Assembly: GCF_009914755.1 (NCBI RefSeq)
Contig: NC_060931.1
Length of the DNA: 64,000 bases
Strand: one strand, 5' to 3'
Source: the human T2T-CHM13v2.0 reference genome, Homo sapiens
Below, one piece after another: positions 61,827 through 64,000 of the stretch. The position numbers and the translations under genes are program-made. Below the pieces are notes generated by a model that saw only the letters and a list, made by a program, of their open reading frames with translations, was not told where the DNA came from and ran no database searches. Numbering within the stretch: position 1 is the first letter of the stretch; each line of letters starts with the position of its first letter.

Positions 61827-62128
61827 GGTAGGTGCAGTGGCTCACGCCTGCAATCACAGCACTTTGGGAGGCAGAGGCAGGAGGATCACATGAGGCCAGG
61901 AGTTCGAGACCAGCCTGGCCAACATGGTGAAACCCTGTGTCTACTAAAAATACAAAATTAGCCGGGTGTGGTGGCACACACCTGTAGTCCCAGCTGTTCA
62001 GGAGGCTGAGGCAGCAGAATCACTTAAATCCAGGAGGCGGAGGTTGCAGTGAGCTGAGATGGCACCACTGCACTCTAGCCTGGGCAATAGAGCGAGACTC
62101 CGTCTCAAAAAACAAAACAAAACAAAAA
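61827..62128 (+). mobile_element. AluS in L1, preceded by an antisense Alu fragment at 61734-61812
   Basis: Dimer with (AAAAC)n tail; gggtgt on both sides. Confidence 0.9.
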
Positions 62129-62429
62129 CCGGGTGTAACAGAAGCTGGTGAAGATGTGGAGAAAGGGGTACTCTTGTACACTGTTGGTGGGATTGTAAAT
62201 TAGTACAGCCACTATGGAAAACGGATGTTTCTCAAAAAGCTAGAAATTGAAATAGCATATGATCCAGCAATTCACTTCTTGGATATATATCCAAAAGAAA
62301 GGAAATCAGTATGTCAAAGAGATACCTGCAGTCCCATGTTTATTGCAGCACTGTTCATAATAGCCAAAATTTAGAATCAATTTAAGTACCCATCAGTTGA
62401 TGAATGCGTAAAGAATATGTGGTATATAT

Positions 62430-62786
62430 TGCAGAGATGAACAGAAAACTTCCCCTTCATCCTTGAAAGGTTGACAGAAAAATTAACTGACAAATGGCAG
62501 ATTAATAAGAGAAAAGGCATAAGAAATGTATTATTAACGTGCACAGGAGAACTACAGAGTGATTACCCAATATCTCAGTGGGGTTAAGAAGCTTATATAT
62601 GATCTTGAGGTTACAGAAAGATTGGGGTCTTGGATCCTGGCAAAACAAGTTATGGTGGAGAAACAAGTTGTGGGACGGGGAAAAGAGGAATTTTCTTGAG
62701 GGTAATACATGATTACTAGGGAGAATGATTGAATCAGGGAACAGAGGTTAATTTGTAAATAGTTCTCTTTGGAATTTGAATGTTCC
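62430..62786 (-). mobile_element. MER34/MER4-group LTR fragment in L1
   Basis: actgacaaatggcagattaataagagaaaaggcata...; interrupts L1 gtggtatatat|cacaatggaat. Confidence 0.55.
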
Positions 62787-62984
62787 ACAATGGAATGTTT
62801 TTCAGTGATGAAAAAGAATGTTCTGTTATTTGCAGCAACATGGATGGAACTGGAGGTCATTATGTTGAGTGAAATAAGCCAAGTACAGAAAGACATATAT
62901 TGCATATTCTCACTCATATATGGGAGTTTAAAAAGTGGATCTCAAAGATACAGAGTAGATTGGTGGTTACCAGAGGCTGGGAAG

Positions 62985-63248
62985 GTCACGCAGGCTGCAG
63001 TGTACTGCACACTGCACAGCTTATTGTAACCTTGACCTCCTGGGCTCAGGCAATCCTTTGTCTCAGCCTCCCAAGTAGCTGGGACCACAGGTGCGTGCCA
63101 TCATGTCTGGCTAATTTTTAAAATTGTTTGTAGAGATGGAGTCTCCCTATATTGCCCAGGCTGGTGTTGAATTCCTGGGCTCAAGCAATACTCTTCCTTT
63201 GGCCTCCCAAAGTGCTGGGATTACAGGCGTGAGCCACCATGCCTGGCT
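62985..63248 (-). mobile_element. AluJ lacking its 3' end and tail
   Basis: cctgggctcaggcaatcc and ttgcccaggctgg diagnostics; no poly(T). Confidence 0.88.
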
Positions 63249-63640
63249 GAGGTTTATTAATAGGTACAAATATACCAGTTAAATAGAATAAATAAGATCT
63301 AATGTTTGACAGATAGTTAGGGTGACTATAGTTAACAATCTGTTGTGTATTTCAGAATAGTCAGAAGAGAATAATTTGAATGTTCCTGGCACAAAGAAAA
63401 GAAAAATAAATTTAAGGTGGTAGATATTCCAGTGACCCTGATTTGATCTTTACATATTACATGAAGGTATCAAATTATCACATGTACCCTGAAAATATGT
63501 ACAGCTATTATGTATCAATTTTAAAAAGCCATGGGGAGAATCAGGGATTGTTGACCTGATAGGACTTTGATCATTCATCCCTAAGCCATTCGTTTTTCAG
63601 AGAAGAAAATCGAGACTAACAGAAGAAAGAAAAGGAAATG

Positions 63641-63964
<324 letters not shown>

Positions 63965-64000
63965 AGGAAATGTTTTGTCTAAGCTCATGTGGTTAGTTTG

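Larger units (their letters stand above)
60440..63527 (+). mobile_element. L1MA-type element (decayed ORF2 RT to C-terminus, plus 3'UTR), multiply interrupted
   Basis: Starts near the RT motif ctgtttgcagacaacatg (LFADNM); continuous ORF2 homology with stops and frameshifts; ends tattatgtatcaattttaaaaa. Confidence 0.92.

Overview
Human genomic DNA (contains AluYa5-type and AluYb8 copies), AT-rich and repeat-dense. The only convincing coding element is an 83-nt + strand exon at 57429-57511 (branch point TACTGAC, long pyrimidine tract, CAG acceptor, GTAAGT donor). It reads (V)[27 protein letters not shown], which I recognise as ST7 exon 2, so the window is most likely the distal ~57 kb of ST7 intron 1, exon 2 and the start of intron 2 (7q31). 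The supplied ORF track misses this frame; its ORFs are mostly Alu, L1, L2, Tigger or ERVL remnants, or chance ORFs. The rest is about 25 Alus, a near-complete Tigger2, several solo LTRs, a HERV-L gag fragment, L1/L2/MIR pieces and simple repeats. Most notable observations: (1) a 163-bp, ~93% identical inverted repeat that I do not recognise as a TE (14386-14548 / 16186-16347), with templated-insertion scars, enclosing a candidate stop-containing exon; (2) a tiny retroposed, polyadenylated MER41-like LTR 3' end with TSDs just upstream of exon 2; (3) a candidate in-frame 39-nt cassette exon at 56441-56479; (4) candidate antisense exons; (5) a pri-miRNA-like hairpin in an enhancer-like block. Repeat subfamily names come from recalled consensus sequences, not a database run. 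I found no clear new multi-gene system.
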